The position numbers and the translations under genes were made by a program. Below, in pieces: positions 28,271 to 36,819 of a stretch of DNA of 64,000 nucleotides; position 1 is the stretch's first letter; each line of letters opens with the position of its first letter. The stretch comes from Patescibacteria group bacterium (lineage in GTDB: Bacteria; Patescibacteriota; Patescibacteriia; GWA2-46-9). The DNA is taken from positions 1,731 through 65,730 of the forward strand of contig JBAYUF010000002.1 in the NCBI GenBank assembly GCA_041675205.1, read 5' to 3'. A model generated the notes under the pieces. That model was not told where the DNA came from. It did no database searches and saw nothing but the letters and a program-made list of their open reading frames with translations.

Positions 28271-28972
28271 CTATCCTACTAATATTCCAACAATCAAACC
28301 AACCACAAGCGCTACTCCACCAATCACTAACATTTTTAGCCCTGACTTTATTAATGGTTGTTTAGTGGACTTAGTAGCCGCTGCTCCTAAACCAAATAGT
28401 CCAATCAATGTTAAAACTATAGAGACTGGTATGGCTTGCTTGATCGGTAAAAACAAATATGAAAATAGTGGCAACATTCCACCTATGATATAAGAACCAA
28501 ACATGTAAAACCCGCCTTTGAGTGAAATAGAAGGACGGGAAGGAAATACTTCCAGTTCCCTTAGAGCCATTTCTTTCAACATGAGTTCAGGGTTTTGCGA
28601 AGCCGCCTCTGACATCTCCACTGCCAATTTTTCCGGCCAGCCGTCTTTAGCATACATCTCCCTTAATTCTTCTTTTTCTTCTATTGGATAATTTGTAATT
28701 TCGCTTTTCTCCTCTGCTAATTTCCTGGCAGAAACCTCTTCTTCAGACTGGTTGGATAAATACGAACCTATGCCCATAGAAACAGATTCAACAGCAATAA
28801 TAACTAACCCTGCTAGCAGTACCGTAGAATGGTTTCCACTACCTACCGCAATACCGGTGACAGAACCTAAAGTAGACACCATACCATCTTCCATCCCAAA
28901 GACAATTTCCTTGATTACATTCTCAAGTTGTGAAGTTTGATGTTGAATTTTATATGTTTTTTGTAAATCCAT
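28271..28972 (-). CDS. VIT1/CCC1 family iron/manganese transporter
   Basis: IVFGMEDGMVS, SMGIGSYLS.QSE, EL...Y and GGMLPL motifs. Confidence 0.9.
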   Translation of the reverse strand: MDLQKTYKIQHQTSQLENVIKEIVFGMEDGMVSTLGSVTGIAVGSGNHSTVLLAGLVIIAVESVSMGIGSYLSNQSEEEVSARKLAEEKSEITNYPIEEKEELREMYAKDGWPEKLAVEMSEAASQNPELMLKEMALRELEVFPSRPSISLKGGFYMFGSYIIGGMLPLFSYLFLPIKQAIPVSIVLTLIGLFGLGAAATKSTKQPLIKSGLKMLVIGGVALVVGLIVGILVG

Positions 28973-29462
28973 AAAAGTCAAAAACGAAGCGGATTTTTTT
29001 TCTTAAGTACTCAATAACAAATAAAAACTTAACTATTTTAATTATGCGCTTATTTACAAATTGTTTCCACAGAATAATTTGTTATCCCGCCTTTGGCGCG
29101 ATCTGCGACCGAGGGAATTTGCAACCGGGAACCCCAGTAGAAGTCCTCAGATGCATTCGGACTCTACGGGGCGCGGTCGGACCCGAGTCCAGCTTCTTGC
29201 ATCCGATAGTATAACCAAAAGAAAAAACCTGGCGCACAGCCAGATTTTTTCTTTTAGCCCCATCCTTCGTCGCTAAGCTTCTCAGGACAAGCGGGGAATT
29301 CCGACGCCCTTCGTCGCCAGCAGTGCGACTCAGTGCTCTGTCCTGGGCAGCGCTTGATGCTTCGCCTGCTCACATCCATCGGCGCTCGCGGTATTCGTGA
29401 TTTCTTCCGAAATCACTCAGCGCTCGCTGCTGCCCGTTCGATTCCCACGCGGGGAAGCACAT

Positions 29463-29504
29463 ACCAAAAAAGCACCCCTCACAAGGAGAGATGCTTTTTT
29501 GGTA
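29463..29504 (-). terminator. Terminator hairpin of tRNA-Glu in the empty-site configuration
   Basis: TACCAAAAAAGCA...TGCTTTTTTGGTA inverted repeat overlapping the duplicated tRNA 3' end. Confidence 0.7.
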
Positions 29505-29618
29505 GCCCTAGTGGGTGCGCATTGGAACTCTATTGTTCTGGAGCTTAGAGAATGGTTGCGGTTTGGGGAAGATATGGAAAAGGATGCTTTGGCCAAGGAA
29601 ATGACCTTGGCGGCATAG
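29502..29618 (+). other. Start-less recombinase C-terminal tail cassette, copy 1
   Basis: VALVGAHWNSIVLELREWLRFGEDMEKDALAKEMTLAA*, in frame with recombinase HLVA across the att core. Confidence 0.8.
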
Positions 29619-29641
29619 TCCCTCATGGGAGTAGAACACCA

Positions 29642-30505
29642 CTATTCAGCAGGTGGAGCACTAGGTGATATATCTACCTCTTTATCGGACAGTGCTTTTT
29701 CGAATACACCGATAGCTTCATAAACGGCATCTAGCGTAACTATTTTTGACAGGCCTAGATGGCCTTCCACTAACTCAAGTATTTTATTCTCGGTCATAGC
29801 CGCTTCACTGTGCTTTGTTTGCCAGTAATAATGTGTGGCTATACCTATTAGGTAGGCACGATTTATTGATTTTGTCCCTTGGATAGAAACAACTTGTGGT
29901 TTGCAAAAAACTGGTCCGCCGCTATTACCCGGGAAAACTGGGGCATCAAGGTATAAGATTGAGTTTTTGGCAAGCTCGGGGTCTCGTCTCGCTATAATGC
30001 CCGATCTACAGATAGCGTAGTTTTTGTTTTCACCGCGCATTCCAAGTGGAAATCCAAGAAAAAAAATTTCATCACCAACAGATAAGCCCACCTCATCAAA
30101 TTGCTCAGGACGGAGTCCTGTTTCAGTGTCGAGGATACTGACAAAATCAATTTCATTTTCTTCAAGAGTTTCTTTGTCGAGTGGAATTACAGCAACATCT
30201 TTACCTGATTCAGGACAAAAAAAGCTCCTTAGACCTGGTGCGCGATGAGTCGGAATGGAAAATTTCTGTGCAATCGCTTCGCCGTTTTTATCAAATCTTA
30301 GGTACAATTTTTCAAACCCATCACGCTCAATATCAATTAGAACATGCGCGGCCGTTACTAAGAATAATTGACCAGAATAACGTTCGCCCTCTTTATTATA
30401 TACTCTGAATAATAAAAATCCCGTGCCGCGGCATTTCGCCTCTTGGCCCTCGATAACTTCAATTGAAACGACTGATTTCAAAAAGGCTGGTGGAAGCAAG
30501 GCCAT
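29642..30505 (-). CDS. Trypsin-like serine protease, no signal peptide
   Basis: GTGF, VTAAHV (His), DVAVI (Asp), FLGFP and PGNSGGPV (Ser). Confidence 0.9.
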   Translation of the reverse strand: MALLPPAFLKSVVSIEVIEGQEAKCRGTGFLLFRVYNKEGERYSGQLFLVTAAHVLIDIERDGFEKLYLRFDKNGEAIAQKFSIPTHRAPGLRSFFCPESGKDVAVIPLDKETLEENEIDFVSILDTETGLRPEQFDEVGLSVGDEIFFLGFPLGMRGENKNYAICRSGIIARRDPELAKNSILYLDAPVFPGNSGGPVFCKPQVVSIQGTKSINRAYLIGIATHYYWQTKHSEAAMTENKILELVEGHLGLSKIVTLDAVYEAIGVFEKALSDKEVDISPSAPPAE

Positions 30506-30638
30506 ATCAAATTCTATCGTTTTATTAGTGTAGGGCTAACTCAAGAGACCAAACAACATCTTTCCAACTATAAAAACCACAATCAAACCCACTCAATTAG
30601 CTTGTCTTTAGAAGTAACAAAAGGCACAGAACATTCTA

Positions 30639-31232
30639 CTAGCCAAAAGGAGGAAGTACTACTCTGTTTTCAATTTTTTTCACCCACTGATCAGCCAGCA
30701 TTTTTATCCTAAGTACCTCTTGATTCAAGACAGCTAAATCAAAGTCTTCGTTTACAAAAGTGAAGTGCATCGTTCTAGGGTCATAGTGACTAACAAAAAC
30801 TATATTATTTATTTGAAACGCTAATCGGGAACCAATATTATATGTCCCGATATTAGTATCGGGACCATATTTGCCAATCCAGCCCTTTAGCCGCTCATCA
30901 TAATGTTCCAGATGATTACGGAATTTTCGTTTATGGATTAGAGATTTTTTATCGACTCCCAACACTACTCCAATTGAGAAGACATCCTTCTGGACAAAAA
31001 AACGATGCCACCACCTTGAAAGGATATTGTTCCGTTGTTCTGTTGCTTTCAGCATTTTTGAAACCATTGCACAGTGGGACAAAAAGGAATGAATGGCAAT
31101 AAAAATTATGTCATTACTAGCCTGGTGCGGCTTTTGCAAATACGAATACATGATCCCCGCAAATTTTGCTTGTGTTGAAATCTCCCTTATAGACATCTCT
31201 ATCCAAAGATCTTTGGAAGTTTTTTTTATCAT
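30639..31232 (-). CDS. Hypothetical protein with HEPN-like RxxxxH motif
   Basis: Helical protein containing FRNHLEHYDERL. Confidence 0.6.
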   Translation of the reverse strand: MIKKTSKDLWIEMSIREISTQAKFAGIMYSYLQKPHQASNDIIFIAIHSFLSHCAMVSKMLKATEQRNNILSRWWHRFFVQKDVFSIGVVLGVDKKSLIHKRKFRNHLEHYDERLKGWIGKYGPDTNIGTYNIGSRLAFQINNIVFVSHYDPRTMHFTFVNEDFDLAVLNQEVLRIKMLADQWVKKIENRVVLPPFG

Positions 31233-31241
31233 ACCAAAATA

Positions 31242-32039
31242 TCACCGTAACATTTTTTGATTTATATAGTGCAATAAAGAACGCGCACTATTTATAACAA
31301 GCATAGCTTCCGCCTCTGCGAGCAAGCTATTGTTGGGGTGAGCGAGACTGGATTGATTGCGAAACGTATTCATTGCATCAAGTATTGATGCGAAAGATTT
31401 CAAAACTCGATCCACGTCATGTGATCGTGTAACTTCAGAAGTAAAAGCTGGATGCTTTGTTCTCAATATTTTGAAAAATTCCGTAATACTCTTGTTATCC
31501 GTTTCCGCTACTCCCATTTCTTCACATAAATTTTTCATGTAGCCATGCAATGCTGTGTGGGCCCTATCCATGGCGCTGATCGGACCATTTGTGGCCAAGA
31601 GATTCTCGGCATCAAGCAGTGCACGATCAACAACAGCCGTCGTATTATGAGGTTTTGGTGTTGAAACTGGTGCAGGAACATCAACTAATTCTGGATAAAT
31701 ACAAATAAAACGAATAAAAGGCCCCCCGACCTCACTTATACAATAAGCAACATGCATGAAAGCCTCCTCATCTTGCTGGGTTGTTTTCAGGGCACCCATT
31801 TCTTCATAATCATCCAGTGGTACCGTTGCATGCAAAACATAAAAGTCATCGCCAAAATAATTAGAACCTTCACTTATCGAAAACGGTATCAAGGATAACA
31901 ATTCTGCTGCACGAGACTGTCCTCGACGAAGCAACAAGCGGGCAGCATTCGTGGCGATACGTTGCCATCGTTCCTCGGGCATAGGTTCACCGACAAGTTC
32001 AAATCCAGATGCACCACTGCCTTGGTATAAAAGTATCAT
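31242..32039 (-). CDS. Abortive infection family protein (Abi_C, HEPN-like C-terminus)
   Basis: A.DRAHTALHGY, RNQSSLAHPN and EAMLVIN.ARSLLHY are typical of the Abi_C domain. Confidence 0.8.
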   Translation of the reverse strand: MILLYQGSGASGFELVGEPMPEERWQRIATNAARLLLRRGQSRAAELLSLIPFSISEGSNYFGDDFYVLHATVPLDDYEEMGALKTTQQDEEAFMHVAYCISEVGGPFIRFICIYPELVDVPAPVSTPKPHNTTAVVDRALLDAENLLATNGPISAMDRAHTALHGYMKNLCEEMGVAETDNKSITEFFKILRTKHPAFTSEVTRSHDVDRVLKSFASILDAMNTFRNQSSLAHPNNSLLAEAEAMLVINSARSLLHYINQKMLR

Positions 32040-32064
32040 CGCAGTTTATGTGCAAAAGAATTTT

Positions 32065-33282
32065 CTACTCACTAATAGCAGAAAGTATCCGTTGGCGCTT
32101 GATAAATCTATCCAGTAACGGGATACCGAGGCGATACTTACCATACCGAGTTCGGTAAATAAGGCCGTCAATAACGAGCTTTGCAAATATTTGACTTGCG
32201 TGGCTTGAACTAATAGGGCTCTGGAGCAGCCTTCCCCATTGCTCAACTACCTCCTTTACTGTGAATTCATCTTGGCAGTTGTCTAATGTAGACATAACAG
32301 ACAGTAATTCTCGTTCCCTGTCGGTGGCGTTATTCCAGCGCGCTGCAAAGAAGTCTATATCAAGCTTGGCTATTATTTCTTCAAGGGGAACGCTCGGATC
32401 ATTCCTTCCTTGTGTCATCTGGCTCAAAAAACTATTGAATGCTTCCCGACAAAGAAACTGAATGAAATAAGGATAACCACCCGACTCTTTCACAATTATT
32501 CCTACTGACGTATCGCCAAATGTTACGGGACAGTTTTCCCTTTGTATCGGTTTTAGAACCGCTTCTCTGCTCTCTGTGTCAGAGAGACCATGAAGCTCTG
32601 TCACCTCAAACATGCGCTCCGCGTAAGTCCTCGCATCAACCAAACGCTGCTGAAGCGTTGGAAGACCAACGAGAACAAGTAGTAAGGGATAACCTCTTTT
32701 TTGTAACGATTGAAAAACCTCTAAAAGTACTGACAACGGATACTGTCCTTCTTTCCCTTGATCACTCATTTTTTGTGCCTCATCGTAAGCGATTACTATT
32801 CCTTTTACTTGAGGGCTAGCTTTTTTTACATTATTCCAAACAAATTCGAGTGTACTTCGAAGTTTGTCTGACACCAGCCCTGGCTGACCATTGTAATATT
32901 CAAGCAATGCAGCGTAGTCTAGGGAAACTTCGTCTGTTTCCCCGCCAAAACCCATCTTGTCCTTTTGTCCCTTGAGTTGCGATGTAATAATCGAGAGGTC
33001 AGTCAATATTCTTGTAGCAATGGTGTTTTCTGAAACACTAGCCGACTCAGAAAGATCGGTACCTGCCCAAAGCCACTGATTCACAAGAGCGACGGGTTTG
33101 AAGCTATCGACGAGAACGGTCTTGCCCGTACCACGTAGGCCAGTCAGAATCATGTTTTTCATAATGACCTCCTGCTGGAGCAAGTTTATGAATGCTTGTT
33201 TTTCAGGGTCACGACCAGCCAAGTAAGGAGGCGGTTGACCAGCGCCGGGGCGGAAGGGGTTCAGAAAAGGTTCCTGTGTCAT
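32065..33282 (-). CDS. P-loop ATPase (AAA_16/AP-ATPase-like) with C-terminal winged helix
   Basis: NPFRPGAG.PP.LAGR, Walker A GLRGTGKT, Walker B IAYDEAQ, GGYPYFIQ and L...GLIY...G.Y motifs. Confidence 0.88.
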   Translation of the reverse strand: MTQEPFLNPFRPGAGQPPPYLAGRDPEKQAFINLLQQEVIMKNMILTGLRGTGKTVLVDSFKPVALVNQWLWAGTDLSESASVSENTIATRILTDLSIITSQLKGQKDKMGFGGETDEVSLDYAALLEYYNGQPGLVSDKLRSTLEFVWNNVKKASPQVKGIVIAYDEAQKMSDQGKEGQYPLSVLLEVFQSLQKRGYPLLLVLVGLPTLQQRLVDARTYAERMFEVTELHGLSDTESREAVLKPIQRENCPVTFGDTSVGIIVKESGGYPYFIQFLCREAFNSFLSQMTQGRNDPSVPLEEIIAKLDIDFFAARWNNATDRERELLSVMSTLDNCQDEFTVKEVVEQWGRLLQSPISSSHASQIFAKLVIDGLIYRTRYGKYRLGIPLLDRFIKRQRILSAISE

Positions 33283-33400
33283 AGAATGAGTAACTTTTAT
33301 AATATTACTAATTCTAGATGTTTCACTAATTCTTGTCAACAAACTAAATGTTTGTAGAACTTATACTTGGCCAATTTTATAGAAATAGGCCATAATGATT

Positions 33401-33584
33401 GCGACAATTGAATTGCCTAAACCACTGGGTAACCAGCGGCATGGCAAGAAATCCCACAACGATACTGAACCCCGTGTTCAGCGACTCGTTGTGGGTCATA
33501 TCCCGAAAGGGGTATGGGGCAGAAAGGCTCAGCTGGCGCGGGGCTCTGTGTTGCACCCCAAGCGCCTTGCTACCTACAAGTCGC
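33401..33584 (+). ncRNA. Unannotated multi-stem structured RNA candidate
   Basis: Closing stem plus five hairpins, GUAA and GAAA tetraloops, CCUAAA/CAUGG receptor-like loop; CATAAT -10 box just upstream and T-rich tract downstream. Confidence 0.65.
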
Positions 33585-33603
33585 TTATTTTTATTTTATT
33601 CAC

Positions 33604-34374
33604 ATGGACAACCAATCAACTTCGGGAAGTATCAAAAAACCCTTTTGGCAGCAGTTATGGTTTCTCGTGCCTATGGCTGTTTTGTTACTCATTATCGTTA
33701 GTGCAGCGAACTCTTTGGAAAAAACGAGTGATCAATATTCAGGACCAGTGCAAGCGATGGTTTTTGATTTACCTCCACTCATAGGCAAAACAATAGATGA
33801 AGTTGTAACTGCACTCGGAGAACCAACAGCAGAGGAGGAACCAACAGCAGAGCAAAAGAAGGTTGGGTATACAGAAGGCACAGTAAGCTACGAACACGAG
33901 GGTATCACGCTAATGGTCAACTTTGATGTGCTTACTCGAAAAGTAAATGATTTCTATGTCAGCCCGCCCGGTATAGAGCCGGTGCAAAACATTACGGCTC
34001 TCTTGCAAGCAGCTAATCTCAGAGAAGAAACAACTGATTCATATGTGGTGAGTAGTGTTTCAGCCGGAGACAAAAAAGATGCTGGCTACTCTGGTATTGT
34101 CGTCATTACGAAAGAAGATGCGGAGCGCAAAAATACTATTCAGAAACAGTTTAGCGCGTGGGATGGTTCCCACATCAAACTTACTCGAGTCATCAAAGAT
34201 TCGATGCATGATCCTGATAGCTATGAACACGTAAAAACAACATACGTGGATAAAAGTGACCACCTCATCGTCACCACAACGTTCCGAGGCACGAATGCTT
34301 TTGGTGGCAAAATCTCCAATACTGTAAGCGCTAAGGTCTCCGTCCAGGGAGACGTTATCGAAATACTTGAGTAG
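33604..34374 (+). CDS. Hypothetical membrane-anchored protein
   Basis: KKPFWQQLWF plus TM; C-terminal K.SM.DP.SYEH...FRGTNAFGG domain. Confidence 0.8.
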   Translation: MDNQSTSGSIKKPFWQQLWFLVPMAVLLLIIVSAANSLEKTSDQYSGPVQAMVFDLPPLIGKTIDEVVTALGEPTAEEEPTAEQKKVGYTEGTVSYEHEGITLMVNFDVLTRKVNDFYVSPPGIEPVQNITALLQAANLREETTDSYVVSSVSAGDKKDAGYSGIVVITKEDAERKNTIQKQFSAWDGSHIKLTRVIKDSMHDPDSYEHVKTTYVDKSDHLIVTTTFRGTNAFGGKISNTVSAKVSVQGDVIEILE

Positions 34375-34409
34375 TAGGCGTATACTGTGGGGTATAACCT
34401 AAGAAATCT

Positions 34410-34631
34410 ATGGGCTACATACTAAAGCAGTACTTGATCACTTTCGGCTGGGCACTTACCGGCGCTATTTCTATGGCGTTTGCGCTCGGCATTCTCGCCA
34501 AAGTCTTTTCTTGGCTTACCCCGATAGATGAGTGGGAGGAACTCAAAAAAGGGAATTACGCTGTAGCTATCGTATTTGGGGCAACTATTCTTGGTGCAGC
34601 CTTTGTTATTGCACACATCGTTACAGGCTAA
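34410..34631 (+). CDS. DUF350 family small membrane protein
   Basis: LTPIDEWEELKKGNYAVAI motif. Confidence 0.85.
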   Translation: MGYILKQYLITFGWALTGAISMAFALGILAKVFSWLTPIDEWEELKKGNYAVAIVFGATILGAAFVIAHIVTG

Positions 34632-34633
34632 AA

Positions 34634-35008
34634 ATGAAGCGTAGAGCAGCTATTGCAACCGTCCTGGTCATAATGGCACCGACGCTTGCTTGGGCACACC
34701 CAGGACGCACTGATGCCAACGGGTGCCATACCAACAAGAAAACGAGCGAGTATCACTGCCACGGGGCTCCAGCAACAACATCTGCACGTACGGATGCGCC
34801 AGTTGCCGCTCGAGAAACCGCGCGAGCTACGTCGCCAAGCGTTGAACCAAGCGCTGCCGTTTGTAATTTTGACCTCTATAACTGCAGTGATTTTGCTAGT
34901 GGAGAAAAGGCGCAAGCAACCTTTTTAGTCTGCGGAGGAATAAATAAAGACATTCATCAATTAGACAAAGACAATGACGGCCTTGCTTGCGAAGAACTGA
35001 GCAACTAA
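34634..35008 (+). CDS. Secreted YHYH-domain protein with excalibur Ca-binding domain
   Basis: AHPGRTDANGCH...YHCH; YNCSDF...LDKDNDGLACE. Confidence 0.85.
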   Translation: MKRRAAIATVLVIMAPTLAWAHPGRTDANGCHTNKKTSEYHCHGAPATTSARTDAPVAARETARATSPSVEPSAAVCNFDLYNCSDFASGEKAQATFLVCGGINKDIHQLDKDNDGLACEELSN

Positions 35009-35053
35009 AGAACTAGGAATTACGTAATCTTTTTGTGCGAATGTCAAGTAAAA

Positions 35054-35165
35054 ACCGGACACAACCGGACAGTATCTGACACTTTTACAACATTTTGACT
35101 CCATATCCGACAGTACCCGACACTATTAGGATATTCTGATTAGAAATTAGACAGTAATAGACACA
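35054..35165. repeat. Array of GACA-core motifs with ~10-bp period
   Basis: GACA at 35058, 35068, 35078, 35109, 35119, 35150 and 35160, with variants in between. Confidence 0.7.
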
Positions 35166-35186
35166 ATTACCGGGAATTGCCGAATT

Positions 35187-36368
35187 GTGACGCCCAAACT
35201 TCTAAGTCAAACAAGAACAATGGTAAAAGGTGACGCCGCTAAATCATTAGAGAATCTACCTTACTTCGAAGATTACGAAGTCTATGCTCTTTGGAAGTAT
35301 CTCAACGGAAACCTAACGGGTCGACCGGTTTTTCAATTAGTCGACTTATTGGGACCAGGAAACAGTTACCTATCACTGTACGTACTACTACACAACCTAA
35401 ACCAGTGGGGCATAACACTTGAAAATCCAACTTTTGATCGTAAGGGGCATAGATGGTTTTATAAAAAACATCGCACCAAAAAAGAGAGCGAGGCGAAAAA
35501 CTCGCTGAATAACATCTACAAAAATAAGTTCAACTTGGTTGACATAGTGGCCGCGTTTCCTGTTGCTCAGCAACAACGTATGCTCGCTTGGATAGAGTTC
35601 AAAAAAGAGCTGAGCGACAGCAACCGTCAAATCTTGAACTCATTCTTAGGGCGCTATATGGATCTGTTTGTACACGATCAACTAAAGTTGCGGGAAAAAA
35701 GCTTCTACACTTTTGAGCGGCAGATAGAGAAGCTTCTAATGCTACTTCGTGAACGATCTAAAGATTTTGGCAAAGAATTTGTTTTTGAGTACGCACCTCC
35801 AAGAGACGAAGATGGTCTTTCTATCTACTCTCCTTTTCTATTTACTCATTCCATGGTCGCGGCATCGACACTCGGCCTGGTGAAAGTGACGGAAGCCTGG
35901 GTACAAGATGAAGCACCGCCTAAAAGGCAGCGCCACAGCTATAAAATTAGACTTACTATTACTGAAGTAGGCAGTGAGAAGATAAATGAACTAGCTGAGA
36001 AGGTGGTTGGCAAAAGGACTATTATGAAAAACAGCGACGGACTATTTACATATCGAGGGGCACCGCTAAACGTAACCCTTGGTACTAATTATGCACGCGC
36101 TTTTGATATTCTTCTGTCGGACTTCCCTCAGGGAGGTTTTGTTCCTTATGACGTTCTAGAAAATCTATTGATACAAAACGGTTTTGAGCCGAGCAAGAAC
36201 AACGAACAACGCAACAAGAGAATCAATAACTTGCTTAGTGTAGACCAGGGGTTTTTCCGATATGCAAAGTTGAACAACAAAAAGCTTCCTAACAGTGCAG
36301 CGGATGGTAAGTCTATTATCCATATACGCCGAGGAAAGGGTATAGAATTTTACAACCCAGAGATCTAA
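35187..36368 (+). CDS. Hypothetical protein, possible C-terminal winged-helix DNA-binding domain
   Basis: 393-aa ORF; C-terminus (AFDILL...VPYDVLE...IIHIRRGKGIEF) resembles OmpR-type wHTH. Confidence 0.65.
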   Translation: MTPKLLSQTRTMVKGDAAKSLENLPYFEDYEVYALWKYLNGNLTGRPVFQLVDLLGPGNSYLSLYVLLHNLNQWGITLENPTFDRKGHRWFYKKHRTKKESEAKNSLNNIYKNKFNLVDIVAAFPVAQQQRMLAWIEFKKELSDSNRQILNSFLGRYMDLFVHDQLKLREKSFYTFERQIEKLLMLLRERSKDFGKEFVFEYAPPRDEDGLSIYSPFLFTHSMVAASTLGLVKVTEAWVQDEAPPKRQRHSYKIRLTITEVGSEKINELAEKVVGKRTIMKNSDGLFTYRGAPLNVTLGTNYARAFDILLSDFPQGGFVPYDVLENLLIQNGFEPSKNNEQRNKRINNLLSVDQGFFRYAKLNNKKLPNSAADGKSIIHIRRGKGIEFYNPEI

Positions 36369-36603
36369 AACCATTCCACTTGGTTCCGACTGGGGACAGC
36401 TCAAAACTGAGCTGTTTTTTTATTTGTTTACTTGGTTTTTGAAGACAAAAAAGAAACTGAAAACTAAACCAAGTGGAAGTATTACAAGGTAGGGTAAGGA
36501 TAGGCTTGCAATAACTTTTTTCAGGAAATTTATTGCAACCAGGTGACGTCACACTTATTCAGCCGCTGGCGCGTCACCTCGCTGGCGGCTGATGTGTTTT
36601 GAG

Positions 36604-36756
36604 ATGCTTACTCTAGAACAATGCCGAAAAATTGATCCCTCTCTTGCTGATATAACAGACGAAGAGTTGTTACGCATTAGGGAAAAACTACAAGCTGTTG
36701 CGCTGCTTGCGTTTGAGGATTTTGTAAAAGAAAACGGACTAAAATCAGGACCATAA
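36604..36756 (+). CDS. Small protein upstream of the recombinase (candidate directionality factor)
   Basis: Manual translation MLTLEQCRKIDPSLADITDEELLRIREKLQAVALLAFEDFVKENGLKSGP*; below the ORF-track length cut-off. Confidence 0.6.
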   Translation: MLTLEQCRKIDPSLADITDEELLRIREKLQAVALLAFEDFVKENGLKSGP

Positions 36757-36819
36757 TAAGAGTTTGAAATATCCCGCTTGGGTACTCACTAATTCTTATT
36801 TTCAGGGTAATGTATAAAT

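Noticed and set aside
23051-29510. Classical integron with attC sites, or CRISPR
   Set aside because: No IntI tyrosine recombinase and no RYYYAAC/GTTRRRY attC ends were seen; spacing is gene-sized.
33395-33784. ORFs 33395-33784 and 33399-33701, and the N-terminal extension from 33514
   Set aside because: No recognisable motifs; the region is better explained by RNA structure and the ATG at 33604.
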